Source: a virus
IMG/VR virus record: IMGVR_UViG_3300036832_000803
Coordinates: 5,727-69,726 of that record
Reading direction: 5' to 3' (one strand)
Length of the DNA stretch: 64,000 bases
Below, in pieces: positions 10,635 to 21,992 of this stretch. The first letter of the stretch is position 1. Each line of letters begins with the position of its first letter. A program made the position numbers and the translations under genes. The notes beneath the pieces were generated by a model. That model had not been told where the DNA came from, did not search any database, and was given only the letters and a program-made list of their open reading frames with translations.

Positions 10635-11036
10635 TCAAAGCGTCTTCAGGAACCGCTCGGCCTCACGGCCGGCGAGCGGCATGCGCTTGGTTTCGCCCGA
10701 CTTGGTCGCCAAGAGCTTCGCGATCCGGCCGCGCGCCTTGCGTTTCTTTTTGTCGACGACCTCGGCCTTGATCTCGGCAGCGGCCAGCTTGTCGCGTTTC
10801 AGGAAGGCCGGAATGCCGCCGTCAGGCGCCGATGCTGGCGTCGCCGCCGGTGCAAGCGCTTCCTTGGTGATCTTGTGTTTGCGCTTGACCAGTCGGACTT
10901 CCTCGCGCGCCAACCGCTTCAGTGCGGCCTCTTGCGTGATCAGCATCTTGATCGCCTTGTCACGGTTGGCGGTCGCCGTCGTGATCCTTCTGGAGACCTC
11001 GACGAGTTTCGTGGTCGCACGTTCTAGTGCAGTCAT
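10635..11036 (-). CDS. Basic (K/R-rich) hypothetical protein with its own promoter
   Basis: AAAAGGAG SD; TGCTATAAT extended -10 upstream. Confidence 0.7.
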   Translation of the reverse strand: MTALERATTKLVEVSRRITTATANRDKAIKMLITQEAALKRLAREEVRLVKRKHKITKEALAPAATPASAPDGGIPAFLKRDKLAAAEIKAEVVDKKKRKARGRIAKLLATKSGETKRMPLAGREAERFLKTL

Positions 11037-11088
11037 GATGACTCCTTTTCAAACAGCCCGTCGCGATGGCTTCCCATCCGACGAAGCT

Positions 11089-11097
11089 ATTATAGCA
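11089..11097 (-). promoter_or_regulatory. Extended -10 promoter (TGCTATAAT)
   Basis: Perfect TGnTATAAT on the minus strand about 50 nt upstream of 11036. Confidence 0.65.
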
Positions 11098-11184
11098 AAC
11101 CGACTTTTCGAGATTGCTGGAAACGGCCTGTTTCAAGGCACTTGGGAGTGTTTTCTATAATCCGCTCAACGTAACAAATCGTGA

Positions 11185-11478
11185 TTAGGTGCCGTTTTTG
11201 TTTGTTTGTTGGTCGCGCGATTTACGCATCTCATTGAGGATGAATTCGGCGATCCCGGCCTCGCTTCGCCAGCGGATTGTGGCCCACGTCATTTCGATCG
11301 TAAGGACTTTGTCATCCATCACGACGGCGAACCGGATGCTGTCCAGGCCGCGGGCTTTCTGGATTTTTGCGCCCGGATCGCTGGCGATGATCTCGCCGCG
11401 CTCGGCGGCCTTGAGCGATGCCGCCATCCGGTCGGCTTGCGCTTTCAGAACGCGAAGTGGGGAATGCGCGGTTGTCAT
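11185..11478 (-). CDS. Hypothetical protein
   Basis: 4-bp overlap with the upstream gene in the leftward operon. Confidence 0.6.
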   Translation of the reverse strand: MTTAHSPLRVLKAQADRMAASLKAAERGEIIASDPGAKIQKARGLDSIRFAVVMDDKVLTIEMTWATIRWRSEAGIAEFILNEMRKSRDQQTNKNGT

Positions 11479-11882
11479 CTCAAGTCCGGCAGCAGCGGTT
11501 GAACCTCGCCGGTCTCATACGCGATGGCGACCCGCTCGTGCGTCCACTCGTAGATCGTGCGTCCATCCGGCATGACGATGTTGGCATAGAACGCTTCCTC
11601 CAAGGTCTCGATGCCTGTATCGACGGATTCGAGCTTGGCCTTGATGACCAGCAGCAAGGCGCGCCACCGCTGCCGCGCCTCCTGCTTTTCCTTCTCGCTG
11701 GTGCCGGTCGGCAGCGGGACCGTGATCTTGATGTGGCGCCCTTGCGCCTCGAAGGCAATGATCGCGCGCCCAGCTTTGGTCATGTAGGCGAACGCGGTCG
11801 CGCCGTAGCGCGACAACGTGCGCTCGATCTCGGTGCGGGTCTGATCGACTCCTACGCTGGTCCGGGCGGCAAATCTGGCCAT
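11475..11882 (-). CDS. Conserved phage hypothetical protein
   Basis: TSV..D.TRTEIE..L.RYGA and RQRWRALLLVIKAKLE motifs; AGGAG SD. Confidence 0.7.
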   Translation of the reverse strand: MARFAARTSVGVDQTRTEIERTLSRYGATAFAYMTKAGRAIIAFEAQGRHIKITVPLPTGTSEKEKQEARQRWRALLLVIKAKLESVDTGIETLEEAFYANIVMPDGRTIYEWTHERVAIAYETGEVQPLLPDLR

Positions 11883-12103
11883 GTGGTTGCTCCTATGCGG
11901 CGGCGACGTTTGGGGGTGACGCCCTCGACCAGGATGCATGCGCGCCGGATTTCCTCGCCATCGCGCCGCTCCATGCGGGCCATGAACCGCCCCCACACCA
12001 CCCGTCTCACCCGAAAGCCGCCGCGCTCCTGCCGGCCGAGCGCGTAGGCATCGGCGTTGCGCGCGCGCACGGTCTTTGCCGGCTTAAGGTGATAGTCACC
12101 CAT
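11852..12103 (-). CDS. Arg-rich hypothetical protein (paralogue of 50342..50635)
   Basis: About 45 aa nearly identical to the ORF at 50342. Confidence 0.6.
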   Translation of the reverse strand: MGDYHLKPAKTVRARNADAYALGRQERGGFRVRRVVWGRFMARMERRDGEEIRRACILVEGVTPKRRRRIGATTWPDLPPGPA

Positions 12104-12104
12104 A

Positions 12105-12305
12105 TCAATCATCCGGCGGATCGGGCATCGGCTGCCAATGTGTCGGCGGTTCCTTGATGCGGAATCCGCCATCCCACGAAACCCATTGCGCCGGGCTCGA
12201 TCCTCGCTTTTCTGCCCAATGCCCGCACGTCACGCGTTTCCCACGCCGCAAAATCTTGAGGGTGTCATCAAGCAGGGCCGTCTCTATCGGTCGCCAATCA
12301 TTCAT
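12105..12305 (-). CDS. DUF551-like phage protein
   Basis: WRPIETA ... PTHWQPMPDPP. Confidence 0.75.
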   Translation of the reverse strand: MNDWRPIETALLDDTLKILRRGKRVTCGHWAEKRGSSPAQWVSWDGGFRIKEPPTHWQPMPDPPDD

Positions 12306-13302
12306 ATCCAGACCTCGACAATCACCGGATCATCGTCAGGGTGGCGATCGAGCCGATAGAGCCCGCCCGGCAATTGGCTGCGCAAGTCTTCGAGCGTGGC
12401 GGCGGTGATGATCTCCCGCGTCGGGGCAAAGCCGTCAACCGAGACAAGCGACATGCGCGCGATGAAGCAATCCGGGAAGTCGGACGGATGGTCATAGACC
12501 GTCCAGATGGCGAGCGCGCCGTGCTCATCCTGGTGGGCCATTGCGATCGTCCGACCGATAGATTTCAACGTCCTCGCGCTTGCTGAATTTGGCGAGTCGG
12601 ATCGGCTTGCGGAACACCGTCACCATCTCTTTGGCGACCTTGATCAGCGAATCGAGCCGCTTCTTGTCGGCCGCGATCAGCGGCACCACGCTGCCGTCTC
12701 CGAGCAATGGCGCGGCCACGACACCCTCGCCGCCGTCGTCGATCGACAGGAAAGCCCAAATGTTATCGATGCGGCCGAGATAGTTGGGCGGCGAGACGGC
12801 GACCGCGGCTCGCGGCCTCTGCGCCTCGATCGCGACGTTGATGCATTCGAGAATGAAGTCGCGTTCCTCTGGCTTCCATTCCGGCGAGATCGCGATTCGT
12901 TCCTTGATGTCGATGATGCGCGTCAAATTCATTGCGGCAATCCTATGTCGGCGATCAGCCGTTCGGCCTCTTCGCGGGGGATAACGATATGGCCGAGCGG
13001 CTTGCCGCTCTGCGGCATTCGGAACGCGAGATCGGCGCGTATCTTGGCAAGCACGGGGCTGGCATCGATCCGATCGAGCCGCGCCTGCATTTCAGCCTCG
13101 GTCATGACTTCCTCTGACAGTTCCAAACTTGACCCAACGGCGGGCAGCCAACTCGCATAGCGGCGCCGTCAAGCAAATCCCATTGGCGAAGCCGGCGTGT
13201 GTTGCCCGCCTCTTGCATCCGCACCAACACCGCCGTCGAGTTTGCGTCGGCTGCATATAGCGTCGGTGCTCCGTCGCGGATGCTCGTCCGCCCCCAGGTC
13301 AT
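12302..13302 (-). other. Run of four small coupled hypothetical genes (12302-12568, 12525-12932, 12929-13126, 13102-13302)
   Basis: Overlapping stop/start junctions; first has WTVYDHP.DFP..FIAR...R...DDPVIVEVWI phage motif. Confidence 0.55.
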
Positions 13303-13310
13303 TTGCGTGC

Positions 13311-13754
13311 CTACTTGTCCCGGCAGGGCGCGATCCTCGGATCGTCCGGTGCCACGCCGTTCGCGATGGCCATCGCTCGATAGCTCCGGTAAAGCCGCAG
13401 CCCCGCGCGCTTGATCCTGCCGAAATCGAGCCGCCCATCGGCGAGACGCATCCGCACGACAAGGTTATGTAGGGCGCCCGGCGAAAGCAGGAAGCCGGCG
13501 CACGTCTGCGGAGCGCTCGCCGGGCTCATGTGGCACGCAAAGGTGCTCATGGCCGCATCATAGGCGGTCGGCGCCGAGAGCCGGAACGCCTCGGGCGGAA
13601 ACTGTCCGCGCCGATCGCAACGCCAGGGACATTGCGCGCACGGCTCGACGCGGTAGCCGCGCCCCTTGCCGGCGCCCTCGACCGTGATGACGGCATGATG
13701 GCGCCCGGCCGGCCGGCGCCGCGTGATCCTTGGCCGCTTGCGTGGCTTCGTCAT
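13311..13754 (-). CDS. DUF6283-like Cys/His metal-binding protein
   Basis: PCAQCPWR ... FACH ... CAGFL. Confidence 0.7.
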   Translation of the reverse strand: MTKPRKRPRITRRRPAGRHHAVITVEGAGKGRGYRVEPCAQCPWRCDRRGQFPPEAFRLSAPTAYDAAMSTFACHMSPASAPQTCAGFLLSPGALHNLVVRMRLADGRLDFGRIKRAGLRLYRSYRAMAIANGVAPDDPRIAPCRDK

Positions 13755-14392
13755 ATCGTTGCCGCCGCCGCCTTGATGTCGGCCGCGCATCGCATCGCGG
13801 CATGTTCGGCCTCGGCGATCTCGTTGTTCAGCGTGGTGAGACGGGTTTTCGGCTCGCCATCGGGCAGCCCTTCGATGAACGATTTGGCGATGGTGGCGGC
13901 CGCGCTGATGCGGCTCAACTCGTGCCAGAGACGATCGGTGTGAGTCTTCGCCGGCTGTTTCAATTCGGTCTCCCCTTATCGGCGTGAAGTAAGCTCACGG
14001 CTTGGCGCGTGAGGGTGATGCGCGGATCGGCCATCAGCGTCCGCAATTCATCCGAGCGCGGCTCGCGCAGCTTGCCGCCGCGCGTGAAGATCGCGACGTG
14101 ATTGCACTTCAGGCAGATCGAAGCGTCGCCGCGCTTTGGTTGATCATCGCCCGTGACCGATGTCGCGGCATCGAGCAATTCGTTGCAGCGAATGCATCGA
14201 GTGGCCTTAACGCGATAGGTCATTTTTCTGCGGCTCGATCGTGATGGTTTTCAGGTCTTGGTCCTCGTGGAACCGCTTGCAAAAGCCGCAATAGCGGTGC
14301 GCGACATCGTTGCTGTTGTGGCTCGTCATCCCGCAGCGATGGCATGTGATCGAGCGGCCGTCGGGTGCGATCGTGCAACCTTCGTCGGTCAT
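13751..14392 (-). other. Three small genes (13751-13963, 13960-14223, 14207-14392), two with CxxC..CxxC zinc ribbons
   Basis: CIRC..CLKC and CHRC..YCGFCKRFH motifs; coupled junctions. Confidence 0.6.
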
Positions 14393-14955
14393 CCCAGGAT
14401 CACCTTCCGAGCCTTGGCGAGATTGGCGATGACATCGTGCGCATAGCCGACCTCGGTTGTGCGGGCTTCCGACTTGAAGGCGTTGCCGTGCTGTTCGTGC
14501 CATTGCCCGTCTTCCGCCATCGCGGGCGGGATGATCGAAAATCCGGCTTCCGACGAATAGCGCACCAGGGCGGCAATGCCTTCCTCGCCGCGCCGCGCCA
14601 GATACGCGCGCAAGTCAGGATCACGGTGCGCGTCGGGATAACGCGGGTCGCACCAAATCTGCACGACCTCTATGGTGATCGGTTCGCCGCCGTCGCCCGG
14701 CACCAGCTGGATGTAATCCGGCATGATATCGATGACGTAGTGCGAATGATTGGGTCGCCTCATGCGCCCGGTGTCGTTATTGACCAGCCAGCGACAATTC
14801 CAGATCGCGCACGATGGCGGCATGCCGGCCTTGTGGTAGACGCCGCAGCCCTTCGCGAAAGTCTGATGCCGGCATTTCGTGTTCGCAGGCTTGTCCAACT
14901 CGCGCACCGGCAGCAATCGACAGCACAGCTGACAGTCACCGCATTGCCGCATCAT
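14389..14955 (-). CDS. YkgJ-like cysteine-cluster protein
   Basis: CGDCQLCC ... C.H ... GC.VY ... P.SC..W.C.WL. Confidence 0.75.
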   Translation of the reverse strand: MMRQCGDCQLCCRLLPVRELDKPANTKCRHQTFAKGCGVYHKAGMPPSCAIWNCRWLVNNDTGRMRRPNHSHYVIDIMPDYIQLVPGDGGEPITIEVVQIWCDPRYPDAHRDPDLRAYLARRGEEGIAALVRYSSEAGFSIIPPAMAEDGQWHEQHGNAFKSEARTTEVGYAHDVIANLAKARKVILG

Positions 14956-15557
14956 GGTCGTGCCTCCCGTTGCCGGCCACCATCGTCAGCCCAGCGGCTA
15001 TAGTGATCGCGAGCCCCGAGCCATTCGTCGATCCAGGCAACCGTCAGCTGGTTCGCCCGTTTGGTCTTGCGATCAAACAAACTCGCGAGCCAATGATAGC
15101 CGTCGGCCGTCATCTCCGCGTCTTCGCTTACTCCGATCTCAAACATGCGGTCGCCCCAGGCGGTGAACATCGAGCGCCCGTCGCGATCGGGCATGCCGTG
15201 CATTTCCATGACGCCGCCGCAGCCGATCAATGGCGCCATGAACCATGTGTGAAACTTGCCCGACCGGATGGCCGTGCGGAGATCGGCCGCAAAGCCCGCC
15301 GGCATCAGATCAAGCAATGCAAAGAATGACAGGCGGATGCCGGTTCGCTCGCCCGGCAGCCAGCCGACCCCGGAGCCGCACCACTCGAAATCCTGGTTCT
15401 GGAACACATGCCGGCAGTGATTGTCGGCATCTTCCTCGCTGCGGCAGATTTTGCACCGGATCACGTCGCCGTCGCACTCCTCGCAGAGGCCGGTGTCGGG
15501 ATAGACCTCGCGTTGCTCTTCGCATCGGCGGCAGATTCCTGTCTTCATGTCGTTCAT
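14952..15557 (-). CDS. Cys-rich hypothetical protein
   Basis: Three N-terminal CxxC pairs; ATGA overlaps. Confidence 0.6.
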   Translation of the reverse strand: MNDMKTGICRRCEEQREVYPDTGLCEECDGDVIRCKICRSEEDADNHCRHVFQNQDFEWCGSGVGWLPGERTGIRLSFFALLDLMPAGFAADLRTAIRSGKFHTWFMAPLIGCGGVMEMHGMPDRDGRSMFTAWGDRMFEIGVSEDAEMTADGYHWLASLFDRKTKRANQLTVAWIDEWLGARDHYSRWADDGGRQREARP

Positions 15558-15726
15558 TTGAGCACCACGCGCGCGAGATTCCTTGGTAGATCATATTCGA
15601 CGCGATGGACCGTAAGCTGCGTCGCGTCATCGACGATGACTTCCTCGCCCTCACGCGGGACGGCATCCCATTCAACGGTCTTGAACACGTGCCGCTCGCC
15701 CGGCTTCCTCAAAATAAATTCGATCG

Positions 15727-16872
15727 TCATTCCGCTACCTCGTAGGCTTCGCGCGTCGGCATCGGGCGGCTGGCGTCGCCGCGCTCGAAATCGTGCCACC
15801 AGTAGATTCCTGTGCGTCTGATCTTGAAATGACCGCGAACCTTGTGGCCGCGCGCCTGCTCGCGGCTCAAACCGTGCGCACCGCCGCGCCGGGCCTCGCT
15901 CATCGACAGCGACAGATCGGTGACGTAGTGGGTCAGGAACGGCGCGCGGCCGAGCCGCACGCGCTTGCGATTGAGCCGCGTCAGATCGGCCGGCTTGCTC
16001 TCGACCGCGTTACGCGAATTCATCAGGGCGAGGACAGCTTCCATGAACGGCCCCTCGCCGACCGTGTCGGCTTCCCAGCCTGTTAGGATGCGCGCGATAT
16101 CTGGAGCGCGCATCATTATGCCACCGGCGAGCGCAAAGAATTTCCAGGCGTGGCGCGACACCCAGCGCGCCGATCGCTTGGTCAGGACGCGCAGCGCCTC
16201 GACCTCGCGCGGCATGTTCGCGAACTTGTCCCAGCCGGGGCGGCAATCGGTCATCACCATTTTCAGAGTCTCGTCGCCCAACTCGCGAAGCCATCGGCCC
16301 TTGCCGGCCTCGATGATCAGATCGAGCATGCTTGACCGTTGGTGCTGCGCAAGCCATTCGTCCGCAAAGACGTTCAACAGCGCCGGAATGTCGCCCTCGG
16401 GACGCCAGTCGAACACGAGCCCGAACGGGCAGACGTTGACGGAAGCGCCCGGCATCTCGGGCAGATCGAAATGCACCCAGGCCCACGTCATGGTGCCGAT
16501 CTGGTCGGCAATGCCCTCGATCAGGCAGCCCATCTTGGCCGGCGGCGGCGCGTTGATGCGCGACTGCGGAGCGCCGACCCGCCCGCCCTTCCACTCGATC
16601 CACATGGTTTGATAGGGCAGGCGGCAGAGCGGCAGCGCTGTGACCAGGGTGGACGGTTTCGAGCGGATGATGTTGGCGGCCGCGTCGCTGGCGTGATCGG
16701 TCAGGACGAAGCGCTCGGCGCGCTCGATCCCGGCGCAGACCGAAGTCACGATGCCATGAATGTCGCTGATGCCACCGCGCGCCTCCATCAGATGATCGGA
16801 CAGTCTCACGGCATCTCTCCCCATTTCTCGCCGGCATTCCCCTTGTGGCGATCGTTGACGATCTTCTGGCAA
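15727..16872 (-). CDS. Hypothetical phage protein with C-terminal H.VRGH motif (start uncertain)
   Basis: RLNRKRVRLGRAP...RGHKVRGHFK..TGIYWW. Confidence 0.65.
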   Translation of the reverse strand: MPEDRQRSPQGECRREMGRDAVRLSDHLMEARGGISDIHGIVTSVCAGIERAERFVLTDHASDAAANIIRSKPSTLVTALPLCRLPYQTMWIEWKGGRVGAPQSRINAPPPAKMGCLIEGIADQIGTMTWAWVHFDLPEMPGASVNVCPFGLVFDWRPEGDIPALLNVFADEWLAQHQRSSMLDLIIEAGKGRWLRELGDETLKMVMTDCRPGWDKFANMPREVEALRVLTKRSARWVSRHAWKFFALAGGIMMRAPDIARILTGWEADTVGEGPFMEAVLALMNSRNAVESKPADLTRLNRKRVRLGRAPFLTHYVTDLSLSMSEARRGGAHGLSREQARGHKVRGHFKIRRTGIYWWHDFERGDASRPMPTREAYEVAE

Positions 16873-19800
16873 TCCTCCAGCGTGTATGGCGCCTTGATCT
16901 CATACAGGAACAAATAAAATCCAGGCTGGCGCGGATTGAGTAATCGTTCCTCCAGGCGCGTGACCATGCCGCAGAATTCGAGCATGGTCGTGCAGCCGAC
17001 GCACAACGGAATGATCTTTCTGTCCCGCAGGAGCGCGGCCAGGACTGGTTCTTTCAATGTTTATGCCCCTCCGTTATCGGGGTGCCGCAGGAATCGCAGC
17101 GCACCGCCATCGGTTCTGCCAATGTGAGATCGACGACTTTCGTATTGCAGGTCGCGCACCACACGCGGACGACGGTCGGCGCGATCAGCCCGACGCTCAA
17201 TTTGTACCGACGTTGCGATGTCACGCATCGACGGCAGGCTAAAAACGCGAGGATGCCGCTTTCGCTCATTCCAACTCCGCTTCGTCGCACGCCTCATAGG
17301 CACCGGGCAGGATCGAGTGCGGCGGCATGCCGGCCGCGAGTCGCTTCGCGTTGATCAGCGCCATGCAGCGCTCACAGATCGGCTCGCGCGATCCGTTGAC
17401 GGGAAAGCTCGGCACACGCATCGGGTTGAAGATGAAGGGCACGGTGCAACACACGCACGGCCCTATGCAAAACGCGACGCCCATCGCTTTGCTCCCATCA
17501 TCCGGGCGGCGTCAGATTGACGACCAGCCGCAGATTGCGATCGAGCACGAAGCGCATGTGCGTGCGCTTTTCCATCGCTTGGATGATGGCGCGCGCCTCG
17601 GCGAGTTTGATGCCGAGATCGGTTTGCAGCTTCATGAAATCAGCATCGGCCGGCACCTGATAGGCCGGCGCCTGCGGCTTGGGCAGCGGCGCGGTCGGCG
17701 AGGCGCCATTGCCGGGATTCGGCTCGATGTGAACCTCGCGGATGAATTCCTCATGCGCGTCGATCCAGGCCGGCGGCAGCGGCGGCAGCCGCATGTTGGA
17801 GTTGTCCTTGGAAAACTCGGGCCGCATATAAATCGCCCTGCGCGCGCGGTGCGACAGATCGAAATTCGTGATCGTGGTGGCGAGATAGATCAGCGAACTC
17901 TTGGCCAGAGGTTGAGGCTTTAGTCCCTTGGGATCGCCCGCGATGATGAAGCCGTTCGCCGGCTGACCACGTATCGAGAGCTTCTTGGGATTGCCGATCC
18001 GCTCCAGCATCGGCTTGCGGATATGCAGCCGCAGGAAAAAATAGTCGTTTGCTCCCGAGAAAACCGAGACGCCGACCAGACTATCCTTCGGGTCCGCCGG
18101 CTTGTTCGTCGTAACATCCAACATCGCTCTGCTCCGTTTGGGTTTGGGTTTGGGTTTTTGTTGTTGGTTGCATGGGCGCACCGTCGCGCCATTTATCGAC
18201 TCAGTCATGATGAAGGTCTTTGCCATCATCGTATTGCCAGCGCCAGCAATTGGGCGACGCAAACACACGCGAGCAGGAAGATGCCCCATATCAGGCGGTC
18301 GATGATGCGGCTCGCGGTCTGCACCGCCTTGGCCGCGGCATCGATCGATTGCAGAAGAAGCCGAAACGCATCGGCAGTATCTTGATTGTTGGGAAAATGC
18401 TTGGCCAGTTCCGCGATGATCGGATCGAGCGGTTGCGCCGGTGTTTCATGGGTCATGATGCGGTGCTCCTTTGCGCTGGCGCGTCTTCCCAGGCGCCGAA
18501 CCTCTCGACCAGGGCGGCCACCACCGGCATCCGCCGAAACTGGTCGTTGCCATCGGGGCCGTATTGCCAGCTTTTGTTGCGCGGGTTGTCGAACCATCCC
18601 AGCATGACATCGTCGCCGTAAGCGGTGCTCGCGATCACGTCGAGGTTCCACCATGCGCGCATGCGTTCGTCCGAAAGCGGCAGCGCCAGCATGCCGGGCA
18701 AGTCCCGCCATTGCGGCCGTCGCACCGGATAAAGCGTCGTGTCGATCAGGAATTCGCGGCCACGCGTCTTGACCGTCACGACCATGTGGCCCTTCCAATT
18801 ATCCTTCAATACCCGCTTGTCGTGCGGCGCACCGATCGCGAGCGAGTGCATCAGCTTGCCGTCGCGCTCGGCCCAGATCACGGTCGCGCACGGCCGCACG
18901 ACCGCGTTGAAGCCGACCCGTACCAGGAAATCGCGCACCGTCAGCGAGGACAGGACGCAAGCGTGCCGCGAATAGAACGGCTTGATATCGGGGCGCAGAT
19001 CAAAGCCGGGATGCAACGCATCGGCGATGACCGCGAGCGCCTTGATGAGCTTGGCCGGCGGATACGGCTGCAAGATATGAAGGTCGCCCAGGTTCATCCC
19101 ATCAATCCCTTACTCCCGCGTCCCGGTCTGCCTTCTTTGCCAATGCGACGCAGGCGATCAGGATGACGCCACCGATGGCGCCGACGACGAGTCCAAGGAA
19201 CATCCCAGCTGCGAAGGTCATTTTGAGCCTCCTGTTTCAGGGTTGCGTTCCATAGGGGTCCGAAGTTTCGAAAAGTCCATTCCGACTGTTTGCTTGTTGA
19301 GAACGCGGTTGACATCGTGCGCCGCGCGCACGACCGACGTTCCGCAAGCGGCGGCGATGTCGTCGAGATTGGCGCCGCCGCGCCAGAGCGCCAGGATGGC
19401 GTCGTCATCGGCAGCGCTTTGGCCTTTGCCCATGACACCTGTTCGCTCATGCGTGCCCCGTCACGTCCGGCTGGCCTTCGAAGCGTTTGATCTGTTCCTT
19501 GAAGAGCGTAACGATGTCCTTCCGATCGGCGCCGTTTGAGATGTAATTGCAACGGCCTTCCTTCTCGCCGAACGGAAAGACCAGCAGCACAAAGCCCACG
19601 TCGCGATCTGGGCCGCGCTTGTCGCCATTGAACATTTCGTCCAGCGCGTGAGCCATCCGATTCATCATGTCGCTGTATTGCGGATCGATGGGCGCGTCGC
19701 CAAGCCGTTCCGGTTTCTCTGCCATTGCGTCCCTCCATCTTCCGGTTGCGCTTGCATCCCGTCGCAGCAATGTGCGTGCCCGCAGCCACCACAATCGGCG

Positions 19801-21058
19801 CAGGGCACCGCGATCGGCATCGTGTTGCCCTTGCGGTCGACGTACATCACCACGGCCAGGAGCCTTCCCTTGCAGGTCTCGCAGATCATGGGCTCGCTCC
19901 CATCCGCTTCGCCGGCACGGGCTCGACGCCGACCTTGCGGCACAGTGCTTCGCCCTCCGCGCGCTCCAGCCGCACGCCATGCTGCCAGTATTCGACCGAG
20001 ATGTAGGGGCGCGCCGGAATGATGACGCTCGTATCCGGTGCCACGCGCTGATTGCGTGCGAGCACCGCGACGAACAGCGCCGGCCGCACTTCGTCGACGG
20101 TCGACGGCGAAATGATCGCAGTCGGATTGACGACATCGGTCGGATCGTTCGGCGGCAACGTGCTGCCATTGATCAGCTTGGCGTAGCTCGGCGATGCCAG
20201 ATACGGACAGACGCGGAGCGCATAGTGCGCGCAGGGGCCGTGCATCGGCGGATCGATATAGGCGCCACGCGGATCGAAGGCCGACTTCCCGCCGCCGACG
20301 AACCAGCGACCGCGCGCGAGGCCGCGGCCGCAGATCGAGCAGAGGTTTTGACGGATCACCCGCTGCCGGACACCTTCGTCATTGATCGTGAAATGCGCGC
20401 GGCCGTGCGCGTCGCGGTAGGCCATCACGAAGATCGGGAAGCCGCGATGATCTCGCGGCAGATGATCCATCAGCGGTGGCACCGGGATCGCGCGCCAGTC
20501 ATCCATCGCAATGGCACTCCTTGATGTGACGGCGCACGCTGTCGGAATCGGTCGGCAATTTGTCAACGTCGGAACCCTTGAGCCCGTGCAGCGCGATGCA
20601 GAAGCGGCACCCGAAATGCATCCCGTTGCCCAACGCCACGCGGATGGGCTCGCGCCACGGGATCACCGGATAGCGCTGTTCAAGATCGTGGTCCGGTCGC
20701 GCGCTCACGGCGGATCATCCCGGTGTTTGCTCATGTCATGATCGAACGGCTCTTGCGGCAGATCGGCGATCGGCACGCGCCCGTCGCTCGCCGGATAACC
20801 GCGACAAGCGAAGCGCAGCGCACTGTCGTTGGCTTGATAGACCACCATGCAGAAATCGCAGAGCACGACGACGGCGCCGTCGCACGGCAGGTCGCACTCG
20901 ACACAGCCCCAGCCGTGGCCTTTGACGATGGCCCGCTGATGCAGCATCAGAATGTTGCGGACGCCCTCAGTCGTCTCGCAGATACAGCACGGCCCGAGCC
21001 TTGAAAGATCATCGGCATGGGGTTCATCGTCGAACAGGTGATGATGGTGGCGGATCAT
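16806..21058 (-). other. Dense array of about a dozen coupled hypothetical genes, many Cys-rich
   Basis: ORFs 16806-17057, 17054-17290, 17266-17484, 17498-18289, 18453-19097, 19218-19433, 19447-19724, 19886-20566, 20499-20708, 20705-21058 with overlapping junctions; starts uncertain. Confidence 0.55.
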
Positions 21059-21459
21059 TTCGCCCTCGCATAGGTGACGATGGCGCGGCTGCCGCGCTCG
21101 GTCTCTTCCCAGGTCACTTCCGGCACGATGCGCCCGAGCCATTCGATATCGTTGCGCAGCACTGCAATCGGTATCCGCGGCGCGCAGGTACGCCCGATCT
21201 GATCGGCGCCGATCACGACCGCCGTGCCGGCATAGGGGTCGCGCTGGATCGGCAGCTTGAATGCATAGACCGGCTCGCCACGCTTGAGGCCGTCATCGGC
21301 GACCCAGATGGTGTCGTGGTCACTGCTGATCATTTGGTGATCGAGCGTATCGGCGCCGATCAGCCGGTGCATCTCGATCGAGAGCGCGCGGTCGTTGGGC
21401 GCGTCGATCTCGATCTCGCGAACCTCGCGTTTGAACGGGTCAATTAGAATCGCTTTCAC
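21055..21459 (-). CDS. DUF3846-like hypothetical protein
   Basis: KAILIDP...LIGADTLD...IWVADDGL...YAGTAVVIG. Confidence 0.55.
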   Translation of the reverse strand: MKAILIDPFKREVREIEIDAPNDRALSIEMHRLIGADTLDHQMISSDHDTIWVADDGLKRGEPVYAFKLPIQRDPYAGTAVVIGADQIGRTCAPRIPIAVLRNDIEWLGRIVPEVTWEETERGSRAIVTYARAK

Positions 21460-21959
21460 CGATGCTCTCCGTGCTGGCGGTCTTTGACCGCCTTGCGGGT
21501 GTCGTCGAACGTAATGCCGGGCGCCGTGACATAGACGCCGAGCGCGTCGAGAACGAGCAGGCCCGTGTCGAACAGATAGCCGGTGCAGTCCGAGCAGCAT
21601 CGGCTGATCGAGCCGTCAGGCATCCGCATCAGCGGCAATTCGGAGATCGCGGCGGCGTGACGGATCACGTCATCCTCGGTCATTTCCCACGTCCGATCGC
21701 GCGCCAGCGGCGTGATGACCTTGAATTTGAAACTCTGATGCAGCGCCACCGCGGTCGCATCGCGGCGCGTCGCATCGGCCAGCAGCGCCAGCGCCAGCTG
21801 CGCCGGTCCCGAGCCGGCATAGCCCCATTCGAAGCCGGTCGGCGAGTGGTTGGCGAGATCGAGCCGCAGCCGCAGGGGGCGTATCTCACCGTCGGGAAGC
21901 TCGATTTTGACATGGGCGCCATCGGCAAGGCGCCAGCCGCGATAGAGTTTGGTCGGCAT
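21456..21959 (-). CDS. DUF6166-like protein
   Basis: NHSPTGFEWGYAGSGPAQLALALL; GAAAGGAG SD. Confidence 0.75.
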   Translation of the reverse strand: MPTKLYRGWRLADGAHVKIELPDGEIRPLRLRLDLANHSPTGFEWGYAGSGPAQLALALLADATRRDATAVALHQSFKFKVITPLARDRTWEMTEDDVIRHAAAISELPLMRMPDGSISRCCSDCTGYLFDTGLLVLDALGVYVTAPGITFDDTRKAVKDRQHGEHR

Positions 21960-21992
21960 TTCACGGCTCCTTTCTCAATGCTTTGCGGTTTG

